64,000 nt of DNA from Candidatus Poribacteria bacterium (GCA_965197475.1 CBDANF010000002.1:320001-384000); one strand, 5' to 3'. Shown: positions 52,559 to 64,000, numbered from the stretch's first letter. The notes: generated by a model not told the origin, from the sequence alone. A program made the numbers and translations.

Positions 52559-54637
52559 TTGGCTTTTCTCAACCCACTTTTCCTCTTTGGCTTATTCGCT
52601 GCTGCGATTCCACTGGTTATCCATCTTTGGAGCCGCCGTCAAGCGGTGGCTGTAGATTTTAGTAGCTTGATGTTCCTTGTTGCAGCACATCGTCAAATTG
52701 TTCGTCGGATCCAACTCAAACAACTTCTGATTCTGTTATTAAGGATGTTAATCGTCGCGCTTATTGCGCTCGCTTTGGCGCGCCCCTTCCTCACACTCGG
52801 TCTTCCACTTGCAGCTGTGCGGACCAAAACTGACGTGGTAATCGTTTTAGACAATTCCTATAGCATGGCATATCAAGACGTTGATGGGGTGTGGTTTGAC
52901 AAAGCGAAAACCTTGGCAACTGATGTGCTCCGCTCACTTCGGCATGGTGATTCCGCCGCCCTCATTTTAATGTCGGATATTCCCAAACCTGCCTTTCGGC
53001 AACTTACACCTGACATTGACATTGTGAGAAAAACAATTCGAGATACAGAGGTGTCTTATCGAGGTACAAACGTGCAACCGAGCATTGAACTTGCACACGA
53101 AATTCTTTCTGAGTCAACCCAACAAAATAAAGAATTGTATCTAATTTCAGATTTTGCCGAGAACGGATGGGACAACTGGGGAGTGATTCCGAATCGATCT
53201 GGGGCACGGATTGTTTTACTTCCTGTAAACAAAAGAAACCCACATAATACAAACATTGAAGAAATATTACCATCTCATCAACTAATTGGTGTTGATTTAC
53301 CGTTCCACTTAAATGTTACTGTAAAAAATCATTCCGATGCCGCTCTTGCGCAAACCACGCTTACGTTTTTTGTGGGGGACCAGAAAAAACAAACGCAAAC
53401 CTTTTCTGCTGATGCTGATGAATCGATTATGACGACTCTAACGCATACTTTTGCAGCACCTGGTGCACATACTGGCTATTTTGAGTTGACTTCTGATCGC
53501 TTGAATATGGATAATCGCCGGTACTTTGCACTTGAAGCACTCGGAGAAATTAGGGTGCTTTGCGTTGGTGAGCACACAGAATACCTCAGACTGGTACTGA
53601 ATCCATTGGTAAACAAGCAAACTGCGGGTGTGCCACTTCAGGCATCTATGATACAGCCGACATCTTGTACTCCCACGGAATTTGAGACATTTCCACTTCA
53701 AGAATATGACGTTATCGTCCTTGCAGATTTAGCTTCGATTTCTACGACTGCCCAAACGCAGTTAAGTGAGTTTATCCGACAAGGCAAAAGTATAATCGCT
53801 TTTGCCGCTGACTCAAACAATCTTTCATGGGCACCAGCCCAATTCGGTCAACCCATAATATGGCAGATTCCACAGCAGGTCAGTGAATATGAGGAGACGC
53901 ATCCTATTTTTGACATCTTTCCGGAGAACGTTTTTTCTGGTCAATACGGACCGCGATTTTACCAAGGCATGACAGTCACTCCAACGCCAGATGCAACCGT
54001 TATTGCACGTTTCGGGGATGAGACACCTTTTCTGATAGAACGACGCGAAGGGAAAAGTCATCTTCTATTCTTTAACTCAGGTCTTCACCAACAAACGGGA
54101 AACAACGAATTACTTGTAAATCCTTATTTTTTGCCACTCTTGCAAAATACAGTGCTGTATGCAATTCACTCTGCCACTCAGAAAAACATCAATATTGGCG
54201 AATCCTATACTGCAAGCTATCCCCGAAGTTCTGGGGCACCAGCTTGGGTCAAACGACTTGAATCGCCAGATGAAGATACCATGACAGCTGTGCCGATTAA
54301 TGAAGACGGTGCTATCCGTTTTGAGGCTACAGAACGCCCCGGTATTTATCAAGTAGAAGTAAAAGCACAAGATAGACTATTTAGAGATTTTTTTGCAGTT
54401 AACACCCCAACATCTGAAGCGAATTTAGCACCGATTTCACTACAGCAGGCATCTGATAGAGTTAATGCACAAGCCGGATCCACAAATGAGACCGGAGAAT
54501 TAGATACCGAAGCATTAGACATCAAAAGACACGGCAGGGAAATCTGGGGCGAATTGCTTATTTTAGCTGTATGTCTTTTGCTTCTTGAAGGTTTTCTTTC
54601 TAACCGTGAAAGCACATTAACTGCAGGTGAAGCATAA
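52559..54637 (+). CDS. BatA N-terminal + vWA domain protein
   Basis: FLNPLFLFGL..IPLVIHL, LLLRML..ALARP, MIDAS DNSYSM, C-terminal EIWGELL TM helix. Confidence 0.88.
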   Translation: MAFLNPLFLFGLFAAAIPLVIHLWSRRQAVAVDFSSLMFLVAAHRQIVRRIQLKQLLILLLRMLIVALIALALARPFLTLGLPLAAVRTKTDVVIVLDNSYSMAYQDVDGVWFDKAKTLATDVLRSLRHGDSAALILMSDIPKPAFRQLTPDIDIVRKTIRDTEVSYRGTNVQPSIELAHEILSESTQQNKELYLISDFAENGWDNWGVIPNRSGARIVLLPVNKRNPHNTNIEEILPSHQLIGVDLPFHLNVTVKNHSDAALAQTTLTFFVGDQKKQTQTFSADADESIMTTLTHTFAAPGAHTGYFELTSDRLNMDNRRYFALEALGEIRVLCVGEHTEYLRLVLNPLVNKQTAGVPLQASMIQPTSCTPTEFETFPLQEYDVIVLADLASISTTAQTQLSEFIRQGKSIIAFAADSNNLSWAPAQFGQPIIWQIPQQVSEYEETHPIFDIFPENVFSGQYGPRFYQGMTVTPTPDATVIARFGDETPFLIERREGKSHLLFFNSGLHQQTGNNELLVNPYFLPLLQNTVLYAIHSATQKNINIGESYTASYPRSSGAPAWVKRLESPDEDTMTAVPINEDGAIRFEATERPGIYQVEVKAQDRLFRDFFAVNTPTSEANLAPISLQQASDRVNAQAGSTNETGELDTEALDIKRHGREIWGELLILAVCLLLLEGFLSNRESTLTAGEA

Positions 54638-56604
54638 TGGAAGATATTAACGGAACGTCCCATTTTCGCTGTACTCTTCTCCTTTATGTGCGTCATCTTA
54701 TAATCTGTGTATACCGTAGTTTTTTGTATTTTGTAGTGTTGTTCTCCCTCAACTCACAATCTGTGTTTGCAGACCAAGCGAACATTGTCCGTAGTGTTTT
54801 TACAAAAGGAAATCAATCATTTTCCCAAAAACAGATTCTCAGCCTGATACAAACAGAAGAAGGACAACCTTATGATGCTGACGTGTTGAAAAAAGATGCT
54901 GAAAAGATTTCTCGTTTTTTTCGCAACAATGGTATCACTTATGCAAGAGTGACTGAAAAACCGATAAAACTTGACGATGGGATTTATATCGGAATTGAAA
55001 TTGATGAAGGGAAAATCGGAAAAATTACGTTATCTGGTAATACGAAAACCAAAGATAATGTGATCTTACGTGAACTACTGTTTCAAGAAGGTGATATCTA
55101 CACAGAAGCAGATAAAACAGAAAGCGAACGGATATTAAGACAGAAGACTTATATCGGCGCAGCAAAGATTGAGCCGCAGTGGAATGCGGAATTGGAAAGG
55201 GTAGCAATCCAGGTCAGTATTACAGAGTTTTTCGCATTTCCAGGGGCAATTGACCCAGGACTGACCAACCAAAGTAGATATCGTCTCGTCCAATTGACGC
55301 AGCCAAATCTATTTGGATCAGGTCAAAGCGGACAAATAAGATATGAACGGATTAGTGAAGTGGGAGAAAAAACTCGCGGTTTTCTGACATTGAAATATCA
55401 GATGCCTCGGTTGGTTGATTCCCACTGGAACTTTGATGGTGAATATATCCAAAAGCGCGAAGGTGATTCATGGAGTGTGTTATTAGAACGACCACAGTAT
55501 ACTTTAAAAAGCCGTTGGAGTGCAGGTTTCAGTATCTCTGAATTGATTAATCAGGTACGTTGGTATGAAAACGGCATAAAAACCGATACGTTTGAACAAA
55601 CGTTCCATAGGACATCCGGAAATATACGTCAGTACTTTGGAGATCGCCATCAACAAAACTATATCGGGGTCTGGTCAGACTTCGTACGTTCAAAATACTT
55701 ACCAATTGAATCGATCGTCGTATCAGATGCGGCACCTTTAAATCGTAACATAAAACGGGTAGGTATTACCGTTGGCAGGAAAAAGGTTGATTTTCATCAA
55801 ACCCGTTTTCTCAGAGGGATGGGTGCAGATGAGGATTTTTTCACCGGTTCTCAATACAGTGCTTCACTCGGATATTCCTCACCTTTATTCGGAGCGGACC
55901 GTGCTGAATCTTACGCAATGCTCGTCTATAATTCCGGATGGGCTCGTCATAATCGTTTTTTCGGTACGTCGTTAATCGCATTCGCCACAACCTTCACAGA
56001 TGAGATTGAACGGTCTGTTCTTCAAGCACGAAGCTCGTGGTTTTGCCGCGATGTATTCAAAACGGGCGACATCTACAGGGTCGATACAGGATTTCGTAAG
56101 AATGGTTTATTCGATTTTCAACAAACATTTGTTGCACAATTTAAAACGGAGCTGCAGTTTGGGTGGCGCGGTGAAAGTCAAGTCACTCTTGGATTTGACA
56201 ACGGTTTGCGCGGTTATAGATACCGTCAGTTTAACGGTGAAAATATGACGTTGCTAACTTTAGAAAGCCGCACACTATGTGGTGGCACGTTTTTTGGAAA
56301 AATTAACGATGGTCTTACAAATGTAGTGACTTTCGTACTTAAGCCTTTTGTTAAAAACCGCACTGTTGACCCGGGGCTTGTTTTAAGTGCAATTGCTTTT
56401 GCGGATATAGGGTACATCTGGGACAACTATAACACATTCGCGATTAATAAACCTAAAAGGAGTTTAGGGTTTGGCTTACGCGGCAGTCTTTCTCGAGTAA
56501 GCAATACAGGTATTGGTCGCATTGAGCTAGCCTTTCCGCTTGATCCCCCTTTCCCATACTCATCAAAACCACAGATTTTTTTCGGTATTGAGCGAGCCTT
56601 CTAA
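54637..56604 (+). CDS. Omp85/BamA-TamA family outer membrane protein with POTRA domains
   Basis: GNTKTKDNVILRELL, PNLFGSG, GLRGY, FADIG, GFGLR, terminal F. Confidence 0.85.
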   Translation: MEDINGTSHFRCTLLLYVRHLIICVYRSFLYFVVLFSLNSQSVFADQANIVRSVFTKGNQSFSQKQILSLIQTEEGQPYDADVLKKDAEKISRFFRNNGITYARVTEKPIKLDDGIYIGIEIDEGKIGKITLSGNTKTKDNVILRELLFQEGDIYTEADKTESERILRQKTYIGAAKIEPQWNAELERVAIQVSITEFFAFPGAIDPGLTNQSRYRLVQLTQPNLFGSGQSGQIRYERISEVGEKTRGFLTLKYQMPRLVDSHWNFDGEYIQKREGDSWSVLLERPQYTLKSRWSAGFSISELINQVRWYENGIKTDTFEQTFHRTSGNIRQYFGDRHQQNYIGVWSDFVRSKYLPIESIVVSDAAPLNRNIKRVGITVGRKKVDFHQTRFLRGMGADEDFFTGSQYSASLGYSSPLFGADRAESYAMLVYNSGWARHNRFFGTSLIAFATTFTDEIERSVLQARSSWFCRDVFKTGDIYRVDTGFRKNGLFDFQQTFVAQFKTELQFGWRGESQVTLGFDNGLRGYRYRQFNGENMTLLTLESRTLCGGTFFGKINDGLTNVVTFVLKPFVKNRTVDPGLVLSAIAFADIGYIWDNYNTFAINKPKRSLGFGLRGSLSRVSNTGIGRIELAFPLDPPFPYSSKPQIFFGIERAF

Positions 56605-56624
56605 TCATAAACAAATATATAAAT

Positions 56625-58532
56625 ATGGATAAACCGCCGCGCTTATCAACGGAAAATATCACATGGCGAGCCATAACTATAGGACTGCTGTCGCTTCCAC
56701 TTAATATCTACCTTGTTGTTCAAACAGAGACGGTCTGGACAACGCAATACCCCACCACGATGGCGATCTTTTTCAACGCCGTTTTTACGCTTTTTGTGGT
56801 TGCAATCTGCAACCTTTTTCTTACACGATACCTCCCAAAATGGCAACTCACACAAGCAGAAATGCTGACGATATATCTCATGGTAACGCTTGCATGTGTT
56901 GTCTGCGGGCATGATCTATTGCAGGCAACGATGTGCGTCCTTGGGCACGCCAGTTGGTTCGCTACACCAGAGAATGAATGGCAATCCCTTTTCTTCCGAT
57001 ACATACCTGACTGGATTGCTGTGACGGATCGCCGCGCCCTAACAGGTTATTACGAAGGCACATCTAACCTGTTTGAAATGGAACATATTCGTGCATGGAT
57101 TACCCCTGCTTTGTTTTGGTTGATCTTCTTTTCTGCGCTCACTTTTTCAATGATTATGCTCAGTGCAATTCTACGCAAACAGTGGATTGAACATGAAAAG
57201 TTGAGTTACCCGATTATATTACTCCCTTATGAAATGACGAAAGGACGTGCTTTCTACCGTAATCGACTCCTCTGGATCGGTTTCGGCATTGGATTAGGAC
57301 TTGACCTGCTGAACGGGGTAAATTATCTTTTTCCTTTTGTTCCAAGCATCCCTATCCGTCATGATATTGGTCGGATGTTCACAGAAAAACCCTTTAACGC
57401 TATCGGTTCAACCCCGATCTACCTGAACCCTTACGCCATAGGAATTGGTTTTTTAATGCCGCTTGATTTATCGTTATCCTGCTGGGTATTCTATCTGTTC
57501 TGGAAGGTGCAACTCATTTTTGGATCTATGTCAGGATTGAATCAGACACCCGGTTACCCACACATTGATAAGCAGTCGCTGGGTGCATACTTCGGACTAT
57601 GCTTCTTTGCCCTCTGGATAACACATAAGCATTTATGGAACGTATTGCGTAACATTCTGGGTTTGAAAACCGCTCTTGACACGAAAAATGAGCCGATAGG
57701 CTATCGCAGCGCGTTTTTCGGATTTCTGATTAGTATTGCTGTTGTATTTGGTTTTTGCCTGAAGGCGGGCATGTCGTGGTGGGGAATCCTTGGATTCTTC
57801 AGCATCCATTTCATATTGGTTTTAGCATTCACGCGGATGCGAGCTGAACTTGGAACACCGACACAGGATTTCTATCGTGCGGGTCCCAGTTTTTTCCTCA
57901 CTTCACTCTTTGGATCAAGAAAGATTGGGGCACAGACGTTAACAGGGTTCGCTTTCCTATACGGTTTCACCCGCAACTACCGTTCACAACCGATGCCGAA
58001 TCAACTGGAAGGTTTCAAACTCGCCGACAAAGGTGCAATCAACAGCCGGCAACTGCTTTGGGTAATGTGGGGATCATCGGTTATTGGGCTACTCATCGGT
58101 TTTGTTGCTTTCCTACATGCCGGTTATCTACACGGAAGTTTGGGAACATGGCGGGGACAAGAGGCATTTAATGATCTGCAACGCTGGTTGACATTTCCAA
58201 GTGATACTGAATGGAGACAACTCGGTTTCTTTGGCTTCGGAATTGTTCTCACACTCAGCACACTTTTCATGCGGTTACGTTTTATTTGGTGGCAACTGCA
58301 CCCGCTTGCCTACCCACTTGCTGGCAATTGGAACTTCGGCAGGCTTTGGTTTCCCGTTTTTCTGGCGTGGGGAATTAAATCCCTACTTGTGCGACACGGC
58401 GGAATTGGCGCGTATCGTAAGGCTCTCCCGCTATTTTTTGGCGCAATGCTGGGCGAGTTTGTGATGGGCAGTCTATGGGCTATTTTGGGTTTATCTTTAG
58501 GACAACGGATGTACTCGTTCAAGCATTGGTAA
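56625..58532 (+). CDS. Polytopic membrane protein (DUF6785/DUF6784-like putative transporter)
   Basis: ITWRAITIG, RKQWIEHEKLSYP, RMRAELG, WWQLHPLAY, PLFFGAMLGE. Confidence 0.7.
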   Translation: MDKPPRLSTENITWRAITIGLLSLPLNIYLVVQTETVWTTQYPTTMAIFFNAVFTLFVVAICNLFLTRYLPKWQLTQAEMLTIYLMVTLACVVCGHDLLQATMCVLGHASWFATPENEWQSLFFRYIPDWIAVTDRRALTGYYEGTSNLFEMEHIRAWITPALFWLIFFSALTFSMIMLSAILRKQWIEHEKLSYPIILLPYEMTKGRAFYRNRLLWIGFGIGLGLDLLNGVNYLFPFVPSIPIRHDIGRMFTEKPFNAIGSTPIYLNPYAIGIGFLMPLDLSLSCWVFYLFWKVQLIFGSMSGLNQTPGYPHIDKQSLGAYFGLCFFALWITHKHLWNVLRNILGLKTALDTKNEPIGYRSAFFGFLISIAVVFGFCLKAGMSWWGILGFFSIHFILVLAFTRMRAELGTPTQDFYRAGPSFFLTSLFGSRKIGAQTLTGFAFLYGFTRNYRSQPMPNQLEGFKLADKGAINSRQLLWVMWGSSVIGLLIGFVAFLHAGYLHGSLGTWRGQEAFNDLQRWLTFPSDTEWRQLGFFGFGIVLTLSTLFMRLRFIWWQLHPLAYPLAGNWNFGRLWFPVFLAWGIKSLLVRHGGIGAYRKALPLFFGAMLGEFVMGSLWAILGLSLGQRMYSFKHW

Positions 58533-58606
58533 AATGTCAATATCTCTTGAGAACCCTACTTGAATAGCGCGTAAATTGTCCTAACTTTTGTAAATCATAA
58601 AGATAT

Positions 58607-58737
58607 CTATTTATAGGCTTCTGCTTGCATGTGAAGGAGATTCACGTATGTTCCAGTTTTCGCAATGAGTTCCTGAAGAATTCCCTGTTCTATAATTTTA
58701 CCTTCTTTCTTTATACAATAGATAGCGTTTGCAAGCA
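58607..58737 (-). pseudogene. Remnant C-terminus of an ABC ATPase
   Basis: LANAIYCIKKEGKIIEQGILQELIAKTGTYVNLLHMQAEAYK*. Confidence 0.55.
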
Positions 58738-58899
58738 ATTGGATTCGCTCATAATCCTAAAACCGTACGTTTCTCCTCAAATATCCGTACGGAAGAATTT
58801 CAAGAACGCGACAGATGTAATACCATTTCTTGTATATATTTATCCTTTTAAAAGTTTTCAATTTCTGCTATACTTTTTCCAATTATACAAATCATAGGA

Positions 58900-59565
58900 T
58901 TGATACCAATGCACATAAAGCCTCCAGAGATTACAGAAAGTGTTTCAGAGTTGAAAAGGCTGTTGAGAAAGACATCAGTAGGTTATCAAAAGCAAAGATT
59001 GACAGCCCTTTACCTATTTCGTAGTGGTCAAGCAATAACTCGCAAGCAAGTCGCTGAGAGGTTAGGTGTCAGCCGAAAAACGATTGGACACTGGATAGTG
59101 ACTTATGAGACTGAAGGACTTGATGCGCTTTTGGATCGTGATTATTCCCCGGGCATCCCCCTCGGTTATCCAAAGAACAACAAGAGCTGCTGCGAGCGGA
59201 ACTTCAAAAACCAGAAGGTTTTTCCAGTTATCAACAGATAACAGATTATATTGAAGAAACCTTCGGTGTCCAAATGCACTATAAAACAGTTCATGCGTTA
59301 GTTCGGTATAAATGGAATGCGAAACTCAAAGTGCCTCGCAAAAGTCATAAAAAAAAACGATGTAGCGTGTGATGCGTTCGTTGCTAACTTCGCTACCAAA
59401 GTTGAGGAGGTGATTTCGGAGAAGGCATCTTCTTTTCAAAGCGTCCGACTTTTTTGCCAAGACGAGTCAAGGTGTGGTCTTTTGCCTGTGTCGTCTCGGC
59501 GTCCCACCTTACGCGGTGTTAAACCGATTGCCAATGTTGATCACACTTACCAGAGCCTTTATCTA
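58900..59565 (+). mobile_element. Truncated, frameshifted IS630-family element
   Basis: HTH RKQVAERLGVSRKTIGHW..Y..EGL, KLKVPRKSH, A8 run, LFCQDESRCGL; sequence then runs into the 3' end of the convergent TPR gene. Confidence 0.8.
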
Positions 59566-60641
59566 TTTTCAAGATGTTGGAATATTTCCTCTATTTGGGT
59601 TTTGAGTGCCACATCACCATTTTGTTCTGCAAGTTGTAATGCGATTTGGAAATCCATTTTTGCTTCCGAATAAAGATTTAGGAAAAACTTGGCAGTTCCT
59701 CTATTGAAATATGGAAGTGCAAAATCAGATTTTATTGCTATTGCTTGGTCAAAATCACAAATAGCTTCAGCGTGAAGATTTAACTTTGCTTTTGATATTC
59801 CTCGACCAAGGTAGGCTACTTCATAATCAGATTTTATTGCTATTGCTTGGTCAAAATCACAAATAGCCGAAGAATATTGACCTTGTTTGTCCTTTGTATC
59901 TCCACGATTATAGTAGGCATGGTAATCGTCAGGATTAAAATTTATGACTTTGTTGAAATCAGAAATGGCGGCAGAATATTCTCCAAGGTCAGCATGAGCA
60001 GTCCCTCGGTTTAAATATGCATCAACGTAGTCATGTTTTATTTCTATTGCCTTATCAAAATCAACAATGGCAGCAGTATAACGTCCTTGTTGGCATTTCA
60101 TAAGTCCTTGGTTATGGTGGCTTAAGGCATCATCTGGGATATTCTGAGATGCGAAATCCAGACACATTTCCTCAATCTTGGCTTTAAGTGTATCGTCACC
60201 AGTCTGTTCTGCCGTCCTCAATGCCTCTTGGAAGTCATGATTAGATGAAGACAACTGTCCTAAATTCCTCTTAGCAATACCTCTATTTGCGTATGCCTCA
60301 GCAAGATCTGGTTCAAGATTGATTGCTTCATTATAATCAGCAATAGCGGCAGTATGTTGTCCCAGCTTATCTTTTGCTAGTCCGCGATTACTATAGACCA
60401 TTGCGTGATCTGGTTTTAATCGGATTACCTCGTCATAGTCAGCAATTGCAGCATTATATTGTTCCATGTGTTGATAAATAAGTCCACGAAGAACATAAGC
60501 ATTTACTAAAGTTGGATCCAACTTAATTGCTTTGGTATAGGCTGCAATAGCACCATCAAAATCGCCTTGTTTATGTTTCATATATCCAAAATCGAGGTGG
60601 GTTTCGGAAGAGGTAGATGCTTTCCTGTTTTGATGTGTCAT
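59559..60641 (-). CDS. TPR repeat protein
   Basis: About 9 canonical TPRs (AY.NRG.AK..LG.Y..AI.DFD.AI). Confidence 0.92.
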   Translation of the reverse strand: MTHQNRKASTSSETHLDFGYMKHKQGDFDGAIAAYTKAIKLDPTLVNAYVLRGLIYQHMEQYNAAIADYDEVIRLKPDHAMVYSNRGLAKDKLGQHTAAIADYNEAINLEPDLAEAYANRGIAKRNLGQLSSSNHDFQEALRTAEQTGDDTLKAKIEEMCLDFASQNIPDDALSHHNQGLMKCQQGRYTAAIVDFDKAIEIKHDYVDAYLNRGTAHADLGEYSAAISDFNKVINFNPDDYHAYYNRGDTKDKQGQYSSAICDFDQAIAIKSDYEVAYLGRGISKAKLNLHAEAICDFDQAIAIKSDFALPYFNRGTAKFFLNLYSEAKMDFQIALQLAEQNGDVALKTQIEEIFQHLENR

Positions 60642-60717
60642 AAAAACTCCTATTTTTACATACTTCTCAATAATTGCACAAAATTAATTTGTATAAAAGA
60701 AATGGTATAACTCTATA

Positions 60718-63393
60718 CTAAGCAGACAAGAAATTCCGAATCACGTAGTCCAGAATCCCACCGTGCTTGTAGTATTCAACTTCTACGGGGGAATCAATTC
60801 GGATTAACAATTCGGTTGTGTCTGTCTCACCGTTTACGCGAACAATCTGCATTGTTGCTGTCTGTCCATGTTGCAAATCATCAGCAAATCCTGTGATGCT
60901 GATAATCTCGCTACCGTCAAGATTGAGGGTTTGTGCATTTTCCCTATCCTTAAACTGCAATGGCAAGATTCCCATACCGATGAGATTGCTGCGGTGGATC
61001 CGTTCATAACTCTCTACGACGACAGCCTTAACACCAAGAAGTTTGGGACCCTTTGCAGCCCAATCCCGTGAACTTCCCATACCGTAATCCTGTCCGGCAA
61101 AGATAACGGTAGGCACTCCATTTTCACAGTAGTGGAGTGCCGCTTCATAGATAGTCGTCTGCGTTTCTTCTGGATACTGAAGTGTATATCCACCTTCAAC
61201 ATCAGGTGTCATCAAGTTTCGGACACGGCGATTGGCGAACGTGCCACGACTCATCACCCGGTCATTCCCGCGTCTTGCACCGTAGGTATTGAAATCTCGC
61301 GTCTCAACCCCGCGTTTCTGGAGATAACTCCCTGTTGGACTTGCCGCTGCTATTGCACCTGCCGGAGAGATATGGTCTGTAGTGACAGAATCACCGAAGA
61401 TACCAAGGATTCGCGCATCAGTAATATCTGAAATCGGCGCGGGTTCGCGTGAAAATCCTTCAAAGAAGGGTGGATGCTGGATATAGGTGCTGCTTTCATT
61501 CCACGGATAAAGCACACCTGTTGCACCAGCAAGTTCTTCCCATTCCGGTGCCTGATTGCCGATAGATTCGTACATCTCCTTAAACGTCTTTCGGTCTACA
61601 GCTGCGCCAACCATATCAGCGATTTCTTGACGTGTCGGCCAAATGTCCCGTAGATAAACAGCTTCGTCAGCATCATTATGACCGATGGGTTCTGTAGCAA
61701 GGTCAATATCGATCCGTCCTGCGAGTCCGAATGCTACGACAAGTGGCGGCGACATGAGGAAATTGGCTTTTATCTCTGGATGTACACGCGCTTCAAAATT
61801 CCTGTTTCCACTTAAGACGCTGGCGGTCACCAAATTTTCCGCATCAATTGCCTCTTGAACAACTTCATTGAGCGGTCCGCTATTACCGATGCAGGTGGTG
61901 CAGCCATACCCTACTACGTTATATCCCAACTTTTCCAAATAGGACAATAAACCTGTGTTCTGCAGATACTCCGTTACGACTCTCGAACCCGGTGCTAAAC
62001 TTGTTTTGACATAATCGGGAACACGTAAGCCTTTTTCAACCGCTTTTTGGGCAAGCAGCCCCGCACCAATCATAACAGATGGGTTGCTCGTATTTGTGCA
62101 ACTGGTAATCGCAGAGATTACAACAGTCCCATGAGTGATATCGCTATCACTTGCCACTTCCGTTACACCAAATCCATCTTCCGCTATAGGGAGGGTAAGG
62201 AGTTTATTAAAGGTCTCTTTGACATCTGACAAGGCAATTCGATCTTGTGGTCGTTTTGGACCGGCGATACTCGGTTCAATATCGTTGAGGTCAATTTCTA
62301 GTATATCGGAGTATTCAACTTCCCCAAGGCGCGGAATGCCGAATAATCCTTGTGCTTTTAGATACGTTTCCACAAAGTCAACATGTGCTTCGTCGCGTCC
62401 GGTAAGACGGAGGTAATTTATTGTCTCATCATCGGGCGGGAAAAATCCGATCGTTGCACCATATTCAGGACACATGTTAGACAGTGTCGCTCGGTCAGGT
62501 AGCGAAAGTGCCTCTACACCTTCGCCGAAGAATTCAACGAATTTACCGACAACCGCAGCTGCCCTAAGTCGTTGCGTAACGGTTAATACCAAATCTGTTG
62601 CAGTCACACCTTCTTGGAGTTTGCCTTTCATGTGAACACCGAGTACTTCAGGAGTCAAGATGTAAACTGGCTGTCCCAACATCGCCGCTTCTGCCTCAAT
62701 ACCGCCAACGCCCCAACCGACAATACCTAATCCATTAATCATGGTGGTATGCGAATCTGTGCCGACAAGAGTATCAGGATATGCAATCCCTTCTTCTGTC
62801 ATAACAACCTGTGCGAGATATTCCAGATTCACCTGATGCACAATGCCGATGGAAGGTGGGATTATATTGAATTTCTCAAACGCCTGCTGTCCCCATTTCA
62901 GAAATTCATAACGTTCTTTGTTGCGTTCGAACTCCCTGCGGGTGTTAAATTGAAAGGCGTTCTCTGTGCCGTAAGCATCAACTTGGATAGAGTGATCAAT
63001 AACCAAATCAACAGGGACGAGTGGTTCAATCATTTGGGCATCACCACCGAGTTCGGCAACAGCAGTCCGCATCGCAGCAATATCAACAACAAGCGGTACT
63101 CCTGTGAAATCTTGCGCTACCACGCGTGCGGGTTTGAACGGAATTTCCGCTGCTTTTGGGGAATTCGCATCCCAATTTGCCAAATTGATAACATCCTGTT
63201 CGATGATTTGATGTCCATCATAATTTCGTAATAGCGATTCAAGTAGAATGCGAATACTGACAGGTAAGGTTTCAATTGAACCCTTACCTGCTTCTGCTAA
63301 GGCAGGAAGTGAATAATAGGTATGTTCAAACCCTCCGCTTTCAAGGGTTCGGCGCGCATTAAATAAATTGTGAGAGGGGTGAGGCATCTGCAA
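60718..63393 (-). CDS. acnA: Aconitate hydratase A
   Basis: [70 protein letters not shown]. Confidence 0.97.
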   Translation of the reverse strand: MQMPHPSHNLFNARRTLESGGFEHTYYSLPALAEAGKGSIETLPVSIRILLESLLRNYDGHQIIEQDVINLANWDANSPKAAEIPFKPARVVAQDFTGVPLVVDIAAMRTAVAELGGDAQMIEPLVPVDLVIDHSIQVDAYGTENAFQFNTRREFERNKERYEFLKWGQQAFEKFNIIPPSIGIVHQVNLEYLAQVVMTEEGIAYPDTLVGTDSHTTMINGLGIVGWGVGGIEAEAAMLGQPVYILTPEVLGVHMKGKLQEGVTATDLVLTVTQRLRAAAVVGKFVEFFGEGVEALSLPDRATLSNMCPEYGATIGFFPPDDETINYLRLTGRDEAHVDFVETYLKAQGLFGIPRLGEVEYSDILEIDLNDIEPSIAGPKRPQDRIALSDVKETFNKLLTLPIAEDGFGVTEVASDSDITHGTVVISAITSCTNTSNPSVMIGAGLLAQKAVEKGLRVPDYVKTSLAPGSRVVTEYLQNTGLLSYLEKLGYNVVGYGCTTCIGNSGPLNEVVQEAIDAENLVTASVLSGNRNFEARVHPEIKANFLMSPPLVVAFGLAGRIDIDLATEPIGHNDADEAVYLRDIWPTRQEIADMVGAAVDRKTFKEMYESIGNQAPEWEELAGATGVLYPWNESSTYIQHPPFFEGFSREPAPISDITDARILGIFGDSVTTDHISPAGAIAAASPTGSYLQKRGVETRDFNTYGARRGNDRVMSRGTFANRRVRNLMTPDVEGGYTLQYPEETQTTIYEAALHYCENGVPTVIFAGQDYGMGSSRDWAAKGPKLLGVKAVVVESYERIHRSNLIGMGILPLQFKDRENAQTLNLDGSEIISITGFADDLQHGQTATMQIVRVNGETDTTELLIRIDSPVEVEYYKHGGILDYVIRNFLSA

Positions 63394-63468
63394 ACTCCTT
63401 TGTATAGTAGATGTTTTTAAGTTATTCTACCACAATAGACGTTGGATTTCAATTATTTTAAAGAGTAG

Positions 63469-63643
63469 GGGTGTGTAAAGTTTTTGGCAAAAGCTGTCCA
63501 TCTTTATTGTAGGGGCAGGTCCCTGTGCCCCTCCGTTGCTTGGATACACTAGGCATAGCGGGGCACAGGGACCCCGCCCTACACTAAAAAACACGAAGGA
63601 TTCTTCATAAATTGAACCTATGTGACAAAATATTTACACATCC
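63469..63643. repeat. Inverted-repeat element enclosing a REP doublet (63508..63583)
   Basis: Outer IR GGGTGTGTAAAGTTTTTGGCAAA / rc GGATGTGTAAATATTTTGTCACA; inner TGTAGGGGCAGGTCCCTGTGCCCC...GGGGCACAGGGACCCCGCCCTACA. Confidence 0.75.
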
Positions 63644-63829
63644 AAGAGGATATACTTTTCCTATGAATCCGTTTATGAGAACCCCTACATACAACGGTTA
63701 GGTCGTGAGCGGTTCTCTACCAATACATTTAGACTTATTGTACTAGTGATATAAATTATCACGTTTCTTAATGGGATTAGCAAGGAAAATCATATTTTGC
63801 AGAGAAATTCAATTTCTATCCAGTACCCT

Positions 63830-63919
63830 AATCCGTGCAATCCGTGAAAATCCATGATTCAGACAAAACCTCTACAATCCTGAAAATCTGCAAATCCTGT
63901 GAATCCTGGTTCAGACAAA
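63830..63919 (+). repeat. Two units of (AATCC...)n-TTCAGACAAA short tandem repeats
   Basis: AATCCGTGC AATCCGTGA AAATCCATGA TTCAGACAAA ... AATCCTGAA AATCTGCA AATCCTGTG AATCCTGG TTCAGACAAA. Confidence 0.65.
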
Positions 63920-63936
63920 TACCACACGAAAAAAAC

Positions 63937-63965
63937 TTGACAGAGACCAATAAATCTGCTATAAT
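63937..63965 (+). promoter_or_regulatory. Consensus sigma70 promoter for a gene beyond the window
   Basis: TTGACA-17 bp-TATAAT. Confidence 0.8.
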
Positions 63966-64000
63966 TCTATAATTGATCCCTTTTGATAAAGGATACGTAG

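Noticed and set aside
59720-59870. Direct DNA repeat inside the TPR gene
   Set aside because: Explained by a recent internal duplication of one 34-aa TPR unit (102-bp offset).

Overview
Bacterial chromosomal DNA. The gene repertoire (DUF1553/DUF1501, TTWELPEGAIARLG-type WD40 proteins, PhyH dioxygenase, many TPR/PD40 proteins, a C-terminal TxTWGxLK motif) suggests Candidatus Poribacteria or a relative; this is inference only. The main feature is a ~17 kb variable locus (12.2-29.4 kb, minus strand) upstream of nuoI. It holds seven tandem, divergent TPR-lipoprotein genes. Six are preceded by a copy of the 3' end of guaB (IMP dehydrogenase; 83-229 bp) plus a conserved ~40 bp RBS spacer. Each is followed by a partner gene for a secreted protein, cut down to a 5' stub except in the last cassette, where it is an HExxHxxGxxH metalloprotease with an FN3 stalk. 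The longer guaB tails differ mostly at synonymous sites, the TPR genes are mosaics of each other, and a 1768-bp duplication (FN3 stalk + nuoI 5' stub) is joined to a different protease domain. No integrase lies in the window. This looks like a housekeeping-gene-anchored cassette array collecting allelic TPR lipoproteins (candidate protease inhibitors/immunity proteins). An intact related module (TPR - metalloprotease - GspC-like) lies at 41.5-45.8 kb between MITE-like repeats. Also present: IS630 (x2, degraded), IS701-like and IS1 elements, a ~90-bp MITE with 8-bp target duplications, REP-like palindromes, a WD40 triplet, a decaying ABC exporter, and housekeeping genes (nuoI, XdhC family, acnA).
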